A DNA stretch of 64,000 nt from Felis catus (Eukaryota), in contig NC_058368.1 of the NCBI RefSeq assembly GCF_018350175.1, positions 65,164,001-65,228,000 of the forward strand, given 5' to 3'. The notes below the pieces were generated by a model that saw only the letters and a list, made by a program, of their open reading frames with translations, was not told the DNA's origin and searched no databases. The number at the start of each line of letters is the position of its first letter. Position 1 is the stretch's first letter. A program made the translations under genes and the position numbers. This document shows positions 13,501 through 26,031 of this stretch, piece by piece.

Positions 13501-14228
13501 ACCCACCCTTCCAAAAAGACTGCCTTGCAGGTCAAATTCCACAAGAGAAAAGTCCTATTTCTCTTCATCCTTTTATCTCCAGTGACTGGAGAACACATGG
13601 TGTCCAGGAACTGTCCATTGTTGAATGAATGAGTAAACCATATATATTTCTTAAAATACACACCATCTTCAAACTTTGTTGTTTCTTCTGGCAAAAGTAT
13701 TGCCAAATTTGTTCTTTACTGGACTATTTTGAATTGTTATCTTTGAACTATAATGTTTCTACATTTCTTTATAAACCAAGCTTTTCAATAAAAAGTCCAG
13801 GTCAATATCTTGCAAGACAAAAAGCCAGAAACCTCAAAAAAAAAAAAAAAATCCCAGGAATCCAGAATTCAAGCAGTGAAAAGAGAATGATTGCTTAAGG
13901 TATCCTTATTCACCCTTAAAAACACATAGATGTAATTCCAAACCAAAACCCAAGTTACTTTTTTTGGTATTTTATGATTTATGGTAGCATTTTCTTCATT
14001 TATTAGGTAATATAAGAGGGTTCTCCCTCTGTTAAATACATGACTATCAAATATTTAGGTCTGCAGAGTAAATTTCTCCATATTTTATAAACAAATATTT
14101 CATAAACAAATATTCTAAAAAGCACAACATTTTTATATAAATGAAGATAAGTGAGAATAATGATATTACATAGAAAAATATTGTTGGCCTCTGCTAAGAA
14201 CTGTTCCATTCAATAATCATGATATTTT

Positions 14229-14448
14229 TAAAAAAAATTTTTTTCAACGTTTATTTATTTTTTGGGACAGAGAGAGACAGAGCATGAATGGGGGAGGGGC
14301 AGAGAGAGAGGGAGACACAGAATCGGAAACAGGCTCCAGGCTCCGAGACATCAGCCCAGAGCCCAACGCGGGGCTCGAATTCACGGACCGCAAGATCGTG
14401 ACCTGGCTGAAGTCGGACGCTTAACCGACTGCGCCACCCAGGCGCCCC
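14229..14448 (-). mobile_element. Young felid SINE (SINEC_Fc type)
   Basis: Reverse head ...gcgccacccaggcgcccc; TSD aataatcat(g/a)atatttt (14212-14228 / 14449-14465). Confidence 0.95.
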
Positions 14449-17400
14449 AATAATCATAATATTTTAAAATAAATAAATAAAACTTCCCAGGGGAAGTTGC
14501 CATAAATAAAAAAATTCATTAGGAAAGAAGTCTACCTGCAATTACCCTGAGATCTGGACTTTCCAACATTGTCACATAACTGGAAGAGTGAATAATTAGT
14601 ACATCTTCATTTTAGAAAGGTTTAGAGAGAGCCTCAGTATCATCAACCTTTAACATGTTATCTTCTAAATAGCCATGTTCTGTATCTCACACCACATGGC
14701 CTCTGCTTTCTAACTGTAATTCTCATAATCTGGTTATCTGGTTCTGTAAGAATTACAAAAGTCCATTTCAGTAGGGTAATTGCCAGGTGAGTGATATCCA
14801 AGACTGAGAAAATGTAGATGATTAGATTTAGCAAAATGTTATAGCATGATTCATATTTGTTGATTGTGAAAATGCTTTTGGGAGATTGAATTAGCAGGGA
14901 TAAGACCTTTTAGGAGGCTCAGAGAAAAGAATCTCAGGAGTATAATTTTGGAATGAATTAAGTTATTTGGGGATCTAAATGAGCATGTCTAAAAATTAAT
15001 ATAACAAAAGAAGAATCATATAAGAGAGCTGAAAATCAGCATATAGACCAGATTGGTTTTCATATTTGACAAGTAATTATTACAGTAAAAGTAATCATGA
15101 AAACTCAGGATGCTAGTTTTCTAGTGATTAGGTTTGTCTAGTTTGACACAGTTATCCAGATATTCAGACCAAAAAAAATTGCTAATTTGCTCAAAACATG
15201 TTTTTTTTTCTGTGTTATTTGGAAACTTTTCATATATTACTTGGTCCAGCTGGTTCACAATTTTGGTTTTCAAGTAATTGTTTTTTTAACACTCTTACCT
15301 CTTCTTTTCTCATAAAGCATCATTCGTGGCCGGAACTCAGGACATAAAACTAACATCCTAATTCTTAATAGGATTCTTCTTCAAGGGGATATCTTCATTT
15401 CAATTGGTAATAAGTCTTATACAATGAATGACTCTCAAATTATTTAAAGTGAATTACAGGGTGACAGAATTGGTATAGAGGGAAAGGCCTTTAGAAGAGA
15501 CATGAATTGCAACCAAAAGCCTCATTCCTCCTGCTGTAATTGGCCCTGATATTTGGGACGATGTAGCTCAGATAAAAGAAACCTTCCTAGAGGCTTTGGC
15601 AGAGGCTGCATTTGTACCAGAAGGCACTAGTGAAGCGATCAGCGGAGCCATCCAGCTGCTTGGTCACCCACTATGCAGTGCTCCCCAGAAGTTTACGTGA
15701 TGGACACCAAGCCCACTGCCTTTTGCGGATGGAAGCAGAGATGTCACTTTGAACAGTGAACAAAGCCACCAAGATAAGCGATGACTTTGTTCGTTCGCTG
15801 TATCCTGCAGCATTCTTTGTACTAAAATAATACGGGTAAGGAAAACCAACGGAAGCAAAGGAAACATCTATATTGAGTTAACGTGCTCCAAATGAGAAGT
15901 CTTAGGCCATTTACTGAAAAACATACTGCACGTTAGTCCACAAGAACTACTTTATAATAAACAAAACTCATGTTTTTCTCCGAAGTGTCTTTGTTCACTT
16001 CAGAAAGTGATAGGCATTTTAAGGTAAATAAGAGGAGGGGGAGCCAAATTCCTTAATCTCAGTAGATGAGATTTGGTGGGGGTTGGGAGGTTCTTTCTCA
16101 CTCACAAAACCACAAAAAGGTGATTTGTGAGGTGTTTTTGTTCAACTCCTTCCCCATGCATATTATCTCTGTAAGATGAATCTTCTCTAAGACATGTATT
16201 GCCCTTTTATGCTGACTGCATGCGTGCGTATGCATAAAATGCCACATTTCCAATTAGGATGTGTATACTCAGGAAGGATGACATATCAGGGCTGTCAGCC
16301 TAAAAGCCCTACAGCTCAGGAGAATTCTCCATATCATTCTGTGGGTCTGCCAAGATTATGGGACTTGTCTATTAGTTTTCTTCATCTTCTCTTTTCTTAC
16401 CCTTGATTCTAAGTCATCCTCCCTCTCAAGCTAGGTAGTGTTTTTTTAGATGGCTCCAGAAATGAAGTGAATTGCTGATCTCTCTTACTAAAATTTAAGT
16501 AATGCTTTGTTTTATCCCCGCAAGATGCACTCCCTGTTGTCTCCAATATGGATTAGTTTGCAATGATTTGACTTTACCTCTTCATGTAAAAAATGTGCTG
16601 TTAACACTCTACCGAACAAGATTGCTTTCTGTGGAAGAAACTACAGGGGTACATTTGTAATGAGGTCTAGCACTTTATGATGTCTTCTTTGAAAGTCTTA
16701 AACATTGTGCAAGTAGAAATGTCACAATATCACTGTGCTATATGCTAGTGACATACCACTATAGCAGAATGAAACCTAATAGGATAATAATGTAAGATCT
16801 TCAGAAAGATATTTTAAATGCTTGATGTATAAATATGATGTTTGGGAATATATGGCATCTTTCCTGTTAAGCCTTTATATTGTTGACAGGGGAAACTTAA
16901 CAGGATAGATGGGAAAATGTTGGTATCAAATTGGAATTTCATGTAGAAATACGGCTTATCTGAGTATATTGTGTTCAAAAAGTTACGAAGATATTCGAAA
17001 GCATGGTTCAGATTTTCACTAGGTTCAACTTAGTAGTATATTACATTATAAGGTCAGAGGCCATTTGTGCTACATTTATGAGCTATGTGGCTGAGGTGGA
17101 GAATTTGCGTGCTGTGTTTTGAAAGCCTTGATGATTCAAATACTGTAGATATGGACACCTCCAAACTCATCTGAAAGCACCATTCACATCTTCATTACCA
17201 CAAGAGAGAGAAGATCACAGAACTTGAAGCGACACAGTAGAAGATCTGGTCCATTTTTCCTACTCTTCAAAGAGTAATTACCATATTTTTCCAGGCTGAA
17301 CAATCAATAACGCATTCTAATGCTTTCCATTTGGTTCTCCACAATATTGGTTTTAATGTCCTCATCTTGCCATTAAAAGTTCCTTTTCCTTAGTTTTCTA

Positions 17401-18784
17401 ATCAGCTCAAGTTGATCTTTTTAAAAGGAAAGTGGCAATAACCAGCTAATCGACAAAACACATTTGTTCTCCCTCAAAGCATGTTACAGAGAGCAGCTCA
17501 GCCCGTCACACTTAGCCCTTCTGATGATTTCAGAGGAAGAGGGATTTTATTATTCACAGGGGGAAAAAAAATCTAGGCGCATGAACAAGAAGGGCATTTT
17601 CTCTTGGCATATTTACTCAACATAAATGTGGGCTCACATTTAAGACTGCCTATTTTGTTCTAGGTTTGACACTAGCATTTTAATGCTGTAACTGCTAGCT
17701 CTTAAAGGCTCTAGTTCTATTAAAAGTTTAATGAAACAAGATTTGTTAACTTAGACGTAGTGTGTTTAGGTTTTTGTTTTGTTATGTTTTGTTTTTTGGA
17801 TAATAGATTCTTGCTCTGTAAGATACATAGGCTCTCTTGCTAGATTGATGGAAGTACAGAAAAGATTAAATGACTTCTCTGGGATCACCTCAAAATTGAA
17901 TGGCTCAGTTCAAATCAGAAACCAGGATCACAGCCCTTTGCTCTAAGCTTCAGGCCATGTAGCTTTCTATGTTCATAAAAAAACAATATTTTATGCATTA
18001 AGGAAAGGATGATGCAATTTATCTTTGCTGTTAATATCATTTGTTATTTATTATCGAAGGATGTGCAACCACAGGTAAGATTGAACATGGTCTTAATAAA
18101 AAAAAAAAAGTTTAATGCAGCATTACATCCTAAAATAAAATTTAGTGCTTATGTTCAAAATGTATATTGATTTTTTTTTTAATTCTCACCAACTACAGTG
18201 AAGGAACTACTTCCAAAAAATCAGCAGGGAAAATTCCAATGATTCCACATCCCTAGAAGTAATATGCAGGGATGCTATTCTAAGCCATTTTTTAAATGAA
18301 CCATTAGCATTACTCAGGTTTTATAAAAAGAAATGGATGAAAAGTAATCATTGCCCTCAAGAAACTTACAGTCTCCTTGGAGGGATGCAACGAGACACCA
18401 TGAACAAAAACGAGTATAAGGCTAGTGCACGAATGATTAAGCACTACATTCTGTTGTATAGATTGACTCTACATTTAGTGAGAAATCAGAAGAGATAAAG
18501 ATCAATCCTGGCTACTTAGAATAGATGGGAATGTTTTCTTGAAGAAGTTTAAATAAGATCTCAGGGGATGGATCCACAGGTAGAGGGAAAGAAGAAAGAA
18601 TGTTCCAGATGGGGTAGGGGGAAGTAAACACAAGATGCTTCTGAGAAAGTAAGAGGTATTTATGAGACAGTGAATAAAATGAAGCGTACATGCTTATTTG
18701 GTCAACGAATCAGCAAATATTTATGGAGATCCTACTATTCTAGATACTGGAGATAGAGGAGGAAGAGAAAAAAAAGGAGGACAC

Positions 18785-19260
18785 AGCTCCTGTATCACTT
18801 GTCCCAGCAGGAAACCTATGGCTTATCTAAACAGGGTGAGAGAGGGGAGTGTAATGAAAAGATTATTCTCAAAGATGTGCATAGGTTTTAAGGAAATCAG
18901 CAAATGATCTGCAATAATACCCTAAAGCTAGCAATAGTGGGAAGCAGTCAAACCTATCTCTAGATTTGAAGAGACAGAGGAGGGAGGAGTTACCAGAACC
19001 CAGAGAGCAGAGCCAGGAAAAGGGCTGTCTGACAAGCGGCATGGTCTTCAGTGAACAAGGATCACTATCAAGTTGCAGTGACTAGCTGTGAGTGAACCTG
19101 ATGAATAAATGTCCTGTCTCCTGCTTCTCTATTCCCTCCTAATATTTCCCATTCCAACCACAGGGTAGAAGGCAAAGGAGTCACTGAGTGCAGTTGGTAC
19201 AGATTTATGCAATATGAAGAAGAGTGGGGATGACATCTGAAGAGGGAAACTGAAGTGTTC
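18785..19260. mobile_element. Ancient LTR-like fragment (family uncertain)
   Basis: Resembles old mammalian LTR consensus text (cagcaggaaac...atggc...gaggggagtgtaatgaaaagattatt). Confidence 0.35.
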
Positions 19261-19284
19261 AGCGTAGTCTCTGCATCAACCAGG

Positions 19285-20020
19285 AGACTACCAGAGAAAT
19301 AAAACCAGTAGGCTACATACACACACGTGTGCATGCACACACACACATACATATATACATACACGCATATATATAAAGAGTAGGTACAATAAATAAAATT
19401 ACATAATTTATATTTTACATATAAAGTTTATACTTAGGTATAACTTAAACATGTACATCTATATGAATATAAAATACATAAATATGTATGTATATGATAT
19501 ATACATGCATATGCATTTTTTATATATTTACAACGAGATTCATTTCAAGAAGTTGGCTTTACATGACTGAGGGGTCTGGCAAGTCTGAAATCCATAGGGC
19601 AGGCTGGCAGACTAGAAACTCTGGAAAAGAAGCAGAGGCTGAAGTCCACAGATAGAATTTCCTCTTTATTAGGGAAACCCCAGTTTTGCTCTTAAGGACA
19701 TTCAACCGATTGGATAAGGCCCACTCAGATTATGGAGGATAGTCACCTCTCTTTTTTTTTTTTCTTATGTTCATCCATTTACTGAGAGAGAGAGAGAGAG
19801 CATGCATGAGCAGGGGAGGGGCAGAGAGAATCCTAAGCAGGCTGTGTGCTGTCAGCACAGAGCCCGACGCTGGGCTCAATCCCACAAACCAGATAGTCAC
19901 CTCTCTTAAAGTCAGCTTATTATAGATTTTAACTGTATGTACAAAATACCTTCATAGCAACACCTAGATTTGTGTTTAATTGAACAACTGGGTGCTATTC
20001 CCTAGCCAAGTTAACACATA
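19285..20020 (-). mobile_element. MLT2 (ERVL) LTR with internal AT/CA microsatellite and nested SINE
   Basis: ccagagaaataaaaccagtagg; ggcaagtctgaaatccatagggcaggctggcagactagaaact; cctagccaagttaacacata. Confidence 0.8.
19754..19891 (-). mobile_element. 5'-truncated Can-SINE
   Basis: T tail, (GA)n, body stops before the head; perfect 16-bp TSD gatagtcacctctctt (19738-19753 / 19892-19907). Confidence 0.92.
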
Positions 20021-20049
20021 CCAAAAAAAAAAAAAAAAAAAAAATGATC

Positions 20050-21240
20050 ACAGACCCTATTCTCATTGACCACATAGTTTAGTGGAGAAAATCAGAAAAA
20101 AACTCTGTTTTTACTTTTTTAAATATAATTTCCAGGTTTCCAGGCAGTGATAATCAAAGAAGAAGGATAAAGCAGAGTATACGGATAAGAGTGATAAGAG
20201 GTCCTATAGCTTGGTGTGGTCACGGAAATATTTAAGTACTGCTTATTGTGCCGAGACTTTAATGAAGCCAGGAAGTGAACCATATGGATGAAAAGGAAAA
20301 TTATTCCAGGTAGATGCCCAGACAAGGCTTCAATCTTGCCCTGTTCAAGGATTAGTGAGAAAGCCAGTTTGGGAGCCAAGGTAGCAAGAAAAAGAGTAGG
20401 AGGAGAGGAGATTAGACAATGGCATGGGATTGGGTTGGGAAGGACTTTTGAAGCAAGATAAGATTTTGGATTATATTTTAAGCGAAATAGAAAGCAGTTA
20501 AATCATTTGGAGCTGAAAAATAATATGACTTGAGTCTGATGTTGTTGTCATTTTTAAAGAACTACTTTGGCCTTTGGATGGAGAAAAGACTATAGGTGTC
20601 AGGAGGTGAAGGGGGAAACAGGTGGGGACCCCTGGCCTCTCTAGATTACATTAGAGCTATGCTGATGGAGACTCTAATATAATCGGAAGATCAAGCCAAT
20701 ATGACTTGTTTGGTAAATGTGGCACATATAAGAGAGAGAAGTCGAGATGGCTTGATGTTTGGCCCAAGCAACTGAATAGGCAGGATTACTTATTCACATG
20801 CTGAGATGTAAAGGAAAGGCCAGCCTTGGGGTTTGGAGGATGGGGATTCAAAGTTCTAGTTTGGAAACATCAAAGTGTCTATCGGTCATCCAGTAGAAAA
20901 TGTTGAGTAGGCTGTTTCTGGAATGCAAGAGAGAGGTTAGGGCTTTGGAGGTAAATTTGGTAGTTACCAACATAAAGGTACTGGGAAGAATAGGTAAGAA
21001 CAATGGATAGGTATAATGCGGTTAAGTTATGATAAGGGATCAACAGTAAGGTAGGGAAGCACAGACCACAGGGCATCATACACTAACAGCTTGTGTGCTT
21101 GTATCACTTAGTACTCTATGAGCTCCTTCACAGAAAAAAATTGTCTTATTCATATGAGGTGCTTAGCACTCAGTGAAGTAGCTAGCCCATGATGGTCTCT
21201 TGGTAACTATTGAATGAATGAATGAATGTTTTAAGGAATT
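20050..21240. mobile_element. L2 LINE fragments
   Basis: Purine-rich antisense L2-like text (ttttggattatatttta, gagaggttagggctttggaggtaaatttgg) and a sense (gaat)n L2 terminus near 21210. Confidence 0.55.
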
Positions 21241-22539
21241 AAAGGTCATTAAATGTCAGGAACAGAGGCCTGGCATGATCAAAGTCCCTTCCCTCTGCCC
21301 TCAGGAAACTACACAAAACAACAGACTTCACTACAGATTGCTTGACAGTTGCTCAGTTGATATAAGCACATGAGTGGAGGAAGCAAGGTCCTTAAAGGTT
21401 GACAGAATTGAATTGCAGTCCCAGCACTCACTAGCCATGTGACTTTGGCCAATTACTAAGCAATCAGAAATTCCATGATCCCAACAAAATGTGTGCACAT
21501 CTAGCACCTTGCTTGGCACATGAAAGTGTCTACTACAACTCAATCTCCTTGGGCTTGTTTCCTCAGAACCCTATTAAAAAGTCCTGGAACTGCATCATTT
21601 ATGAATTTTAAGTAACATTTATTTCATGGCTACAGAGCTCGCAAAACTAGTTACAGCTCTAAATCACGCAGATTTCACTTTGTTATGTAAGAAAGTTGGA
21701 ACATGTTTAAATCTGCTTGTCATTAATGAAATCATTTCAGTGATTCCCAAAGTTCTTGCTACTTTTTCCTCATTGTAGGCCTCCTTCACATATTCAAATA
21801 ACTTTTATTTTAAGCTGACTGCATGTTGAATGGTGTTCAAGATATTGTGGTTGCAATGGAACTCCAGTACCATTTCAGACTCATGCTAGTCTTGCCAGTG
21901 ATTGAGTCTATAATTTATAAATTATATTTATATTGAACCATTGACTTGATGATTAATTTTCCAAAATGACTTTCTTCTTCCTTCACTTCCACGGATAAAA
22001 AGAGAACAAATACACTCATATGACAGAAAGCTTAGAAAATTTTATGACAACCCTGACCAACCAAAATAAAGTATAGGTTATGTATTGCAAAACTTCATGT
22101 GACTTATAAAAATAAAAAGATACAATTGTCCTCAAGGAGCTAACAATCCTGTAGAAAAGATAGTATGCAAAAAATGTCTATGAAATAGGTGGCGATATAT
22201 GTGAGAATTGGAATACACAGAACTGGGTAAGTCACGAATGAGTGAGGAAAACAAAAAAATGAAAGATACAATGATATACAGATATGTATGATTCATCCCA
22301 GTGGAAGTTATCATGGATCTCCCTGAGACAAGATTTAAGCTAGAACTTTAAGAAAAATTAAACTTTTATAACTTACGATTGAGGAACAACATTTTAGATA
22401 AAGGAAACTGTAAGCCATAGAAAGTACTCTAACAGCTGGCATACAGTAAATAAATCAGGAAATCATAGAAATTAAATAGGTAGTAGGCCTTGAATATATA
22501 AATTAAAATCCGGATTGTATTTAATAGGTAATATTAATA

Positions 22540-23110
22540 AGTATCATTTAGGATACTTTCTTTGGAGGTCACAGAAAATTCAACTCAAATTTAAACATTG
22601 AGGAAATTGTTCCCTTGTGTACCTGGAAGCTTGGCCAGAGAATAGATTCTGGTGGTGACTTAACTCTGTGGTTCTATCTCAGACTACTGCTGTTCTCCTG
22701 ATTCTTCCCTCCTCTCGGTGTTGTCGTTATCCTCAGACTGGTAGTTAAATCACTACTGCTCTTCAGACTTCACATCCTTGGGTGACAGCATCTAGGGGAA
22801 AGGAAATGGCTCTCTGTAGGACATTCTCCTGAGTCAGGAAGCAGTTCTAACTTGCAATTTCCAGTTGTATCTCATTTGCCCAAATTAATTCACCTGCTCC
22901 TTCCAGAACCAATTGCTATTACCGTATAAACGCCCTTATTGCCTCAGAACTACAATGCTGAACCAATCACTGGCAAGGAGGATGGGATTACTGATTAAGC
23001 TAGACTCTCTGAGTCAGCCCCTGGAATGGGAGTCAGTCACCCAACCACTCAGCTGCCACATTCGTGGGGGTCGGGGTTGAAACAGACATTGAGAAGGTGA
23101 CTTCAGTGTC
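22540..23110 (-). mobile_element. Old MaLR LTR (MLT1J/K-like)
   Basis: aggatactttctttggaggtcacagaaaattcaactcaaa start; gaaccaatcactggcaaggaggatggga motif. Confidence 0.5.
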
Positions 23111-23329
23111 TACCCACTACAGGGAATTACTGAGGTGTTTTATTCATGAAAGCCACATGAACAGATAATCCTATTGAATATTAATGCATGGTGGATTTAA
23201 TGATTTGCAAATAAATAAAATATAAATAAATAATTTTATTTGTTTAAATAATTTTAAAAATAAAGCTTCAAAAAAGGCAAAGACACTAAAATATGAATAC
23301 ATAGTATGAATATAAATGGTCTACTTACA

Positions 23330-23835
23330 TGACAATATTAATTCTTCCATTCCATGAACATGGAATATCTTTTCATTTGTTTGTGTCATCTTCAATTTCT
23401 TTCATCAATGTTTTATAGTTTTCAGAGTACTGGTCTTTCACCCCTTTGGCTAGGTTTTTCCTTTGTTTTAATGTTTATTTATTTTTTGAGAAAGAGACAG
23501 AGCGTGAGTGGGGGAAGGGCAGAGAGAAAGAAAGACACAGAATCTGAAGCAGGCTCCGGGCTCTGAACTGTCAGCACAGAGCCTGATGCGGGGCCTGAAT
23601 TCACGAACTCTGAGATCATGACCTGAGCCGAAGTTGGACGCTTAACTGACTGCGTCGCCCAGACACACACCCCTCCTTTGGTTAAGTTTATTCCTAGGTA
23701 TTTTATCATTTTTGGTGCAATTGTAAATGAAATTGTGTTCCTAAGTTCTCTTTTCTGCTACTTCAATATTAGTGTATAGAAATGCAACCAATTTCTGCAT
23801 GCTAATTTTGTGTCCTACAACTTTACTGAATTTAT
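23330..23835 (-). mobile_element. L1 ORF2 fragment (reverse-transcriptase region), interrupted by a SINE
   Basis: ttcttccattccatgaacatggaatatc; minus-strand translation IKYLGINLTK is the L1 RT motif. Confidence 0.88.
23458..23672 (-). mobile_element. Felid Can-SINE inserted in L1
   Basis: SINE body; diverged TSD cctttggctaggttt / cctttggttaagttt. Confidence 0.9.
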
Positions 23836-24276
23836 AAAATCAGTTTGATAATTTTGGTACTGGGTTCATGGTCCTTGAATCCTGAAAGTGGCTATTAAGA
23901 TATTTTACAATGCTTGTCATTCAAGTGGGATATTGGCTACATGGGGATTGATTCCATTTTTTCTCTAATTTTGGGGGGGGTTGCAATTTGTATCATAAAA
24001 AGTGACAAAATCATTTACACGGAACCAGTGAGAGCCTTTCTAATCCACAATCGTTAATTTTCTAAAACTTTAAACCTAAACCTTTCTCAATTATTATATG
24101 TACACTTGTCCAGTTAATAGAGTTTGAAAATATGTCTTTTATTTAAATAAGGATAAATAATACATTTGCATAGACATAAAATATGTGTGTGCATCTTATA
24201 CATTATTTAATATATTATAGATGCTATTTTATAATCATACGCATATATCAAGCTTTGTATTAGAAGTGCCTTTCTT

Positions 24277-24441
24277 GGGACACCTGGGTGGCTCAGTTGG
24301 TTAAGCAACCAACAATTGATTTTAGCTCACGTCACGATCCTGGGGTCATGGGATCAAGCGCTGTGTTGGGCTCTGTGCTGAGCATGAAGCCTGCTTAAGA
24401 TTCTTTCTCTGCCCCTCTGCCTCTCTCACCTGCTCACGCTT

Positions 24442-24482
<41 letters not shown>

Positions 24483-24497
24483 AAAAAAAAAACAAAA
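24277..24497 (+). mobile_element. Can-SINE
   Basis: gggacacctgggtggctcagttggttaagc head, (CT)n, A tail. Confidence 0.92.
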
Positions 24498-24944
24498 CTT
24501 GTTCTTTTGGTATAGGAAAAACTGGTATAGAGAAGTTATATCATATTAACAAATTCATCTTTAATACTCTGACATTTTATTTTAGGATCAAAATTCTATC
24601 TTGATAAGCAAACTCATTCTACCAGACACTTCCTTATATGCTTTTATTATTAAATTTATCTGCAATTTGACATGCTGTTTGATTTTCCACACTTAATACA
24701 CTTTAATTACCGTAGAATAAAAATATTTTAGAGTTATACAAACCTTAGAGGTGGTCTAGACTATGAAATAATTAAGGGAACATCCAATGACTTTTAATCA
24801 TTACATCCCTAACTGTGGGAAGTCAATAAAAATGTGTTGCATTGACTAGATTTAGTCTACTTGCCTACAGAGGGTAGGGCTCTCCCCCATAACACTCCTA
24901 ACTGATGGATATATTCTTGCGGCAGGAAATTTATCAAATACTCC

Positions 24945-25457
24945 TGGATTCATTTTCTAAGGTTGATATACCAAAGTACCACAAACTGGGTGGATTAAAA
25001 CAGCAGAAATATATTGTCTCACAGTTTGGGAGGCTACAAGTGCAAAATCAAGGTGCCAGCAGGGCCTGGCTCCCTCTGAAACCTGGAAGAGAGAATCCCT
25101 CCTGGCCTCTCCTAGCTTCCGGTGGCTGACAGCAGCCCTTGGCCGGCCTTGACTTGCAGCTGCAGGACTTTAATCTCTGCCTCTGTTGTCACATGGTATG
25201 CTCCCTGGGTGTCTCTGTCTCACACGGCATTCTTTTCCTTGCATTTCCGTGTCTTTACATGATGTTCTCCTGGGTCTGTGCCCAACTTCCCTTCCACTTA
25301 TAAAGACACCAGTGATACTGGATTAAGGCCCTACACTAATGACCTCATCTTAACTTGATTACATCTGCAAAGATATTACTTCCAAATAAAGTCACAGTTA
25401 CATTTACTGGGGGTAAGGTTTTACATATTTGGGGGTGGTATAATTCAAGACATAGCA
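24945..25457 (-). mobile_element. MaLR LTR (MLT1C/D-like)
   Basis: aaagtaccacaaactgggtggattaaaacagcagaaa...aatgacctcatcttaacttgattacatctgcaaaga. Confidence 0.85.
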
Positions 25458-25568
25458 CCCACACACAGGATAATGAGACACAGACAACACTCTCAGTTGA
25501 CAGTGAAGAAAATTAGAATTAGGATTGTCTGCATTACCAGCCTTTTAATGAAAGAAGTAAATATACTT

Positions 25569-25575
<7 letters not shown>

Positions 25576-25612
<37 letters not shown>
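25576..25612. repeat. (CA)n microsatellite
   Basis: Seen directly. Confidence 0.95.
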
Positions 25613-25615
<3 letters not shown>

Positions 25616-25657
25616 TTGCATCTTGAAAATATATATGTTTGGAATATACAGAATATA

Positions 25658-26031
25658 CAGTTGACACTTAAACAATTCAGGGGTTAGGGGCACCAAACCC
25701 CATGCTGTTGAAGATCTGCATGTAACTTTTGATTCCCCAAGAACTTAACTATTAAGCCTACTCTTGACCCAAGTCTTTCTGATAACACAATTATCACATA
25801 TTTTGTATGTCATATGTATTATATACTGTACTCTTACAATAAAGTAAGCTAAGGAACAGAAAATGTTATCAAGATGAGATTGGAAGTGTTCAGGGTGGTA
25901 TGGCAGTAGACCAGAAAATGTTATCTACAAAGTATAAGAGAAAATACAGTATTGTACATATATTTACTGAAAACAATCCATCTATAAGTGGACTCACGGA
26001 GTTCAAATCCATGTCTCTCAAGGGCTAACTG
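25658..26031. mobile_element. Tigger1 internal-deletion derivative (Tc1/mariner-pogo MITE)
   Basis: TA|cagttgacacttaaacaa ... tctcaagggctaactg|TA: terminal inverted repeats plus TA TSD. Confidence 0.88.
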
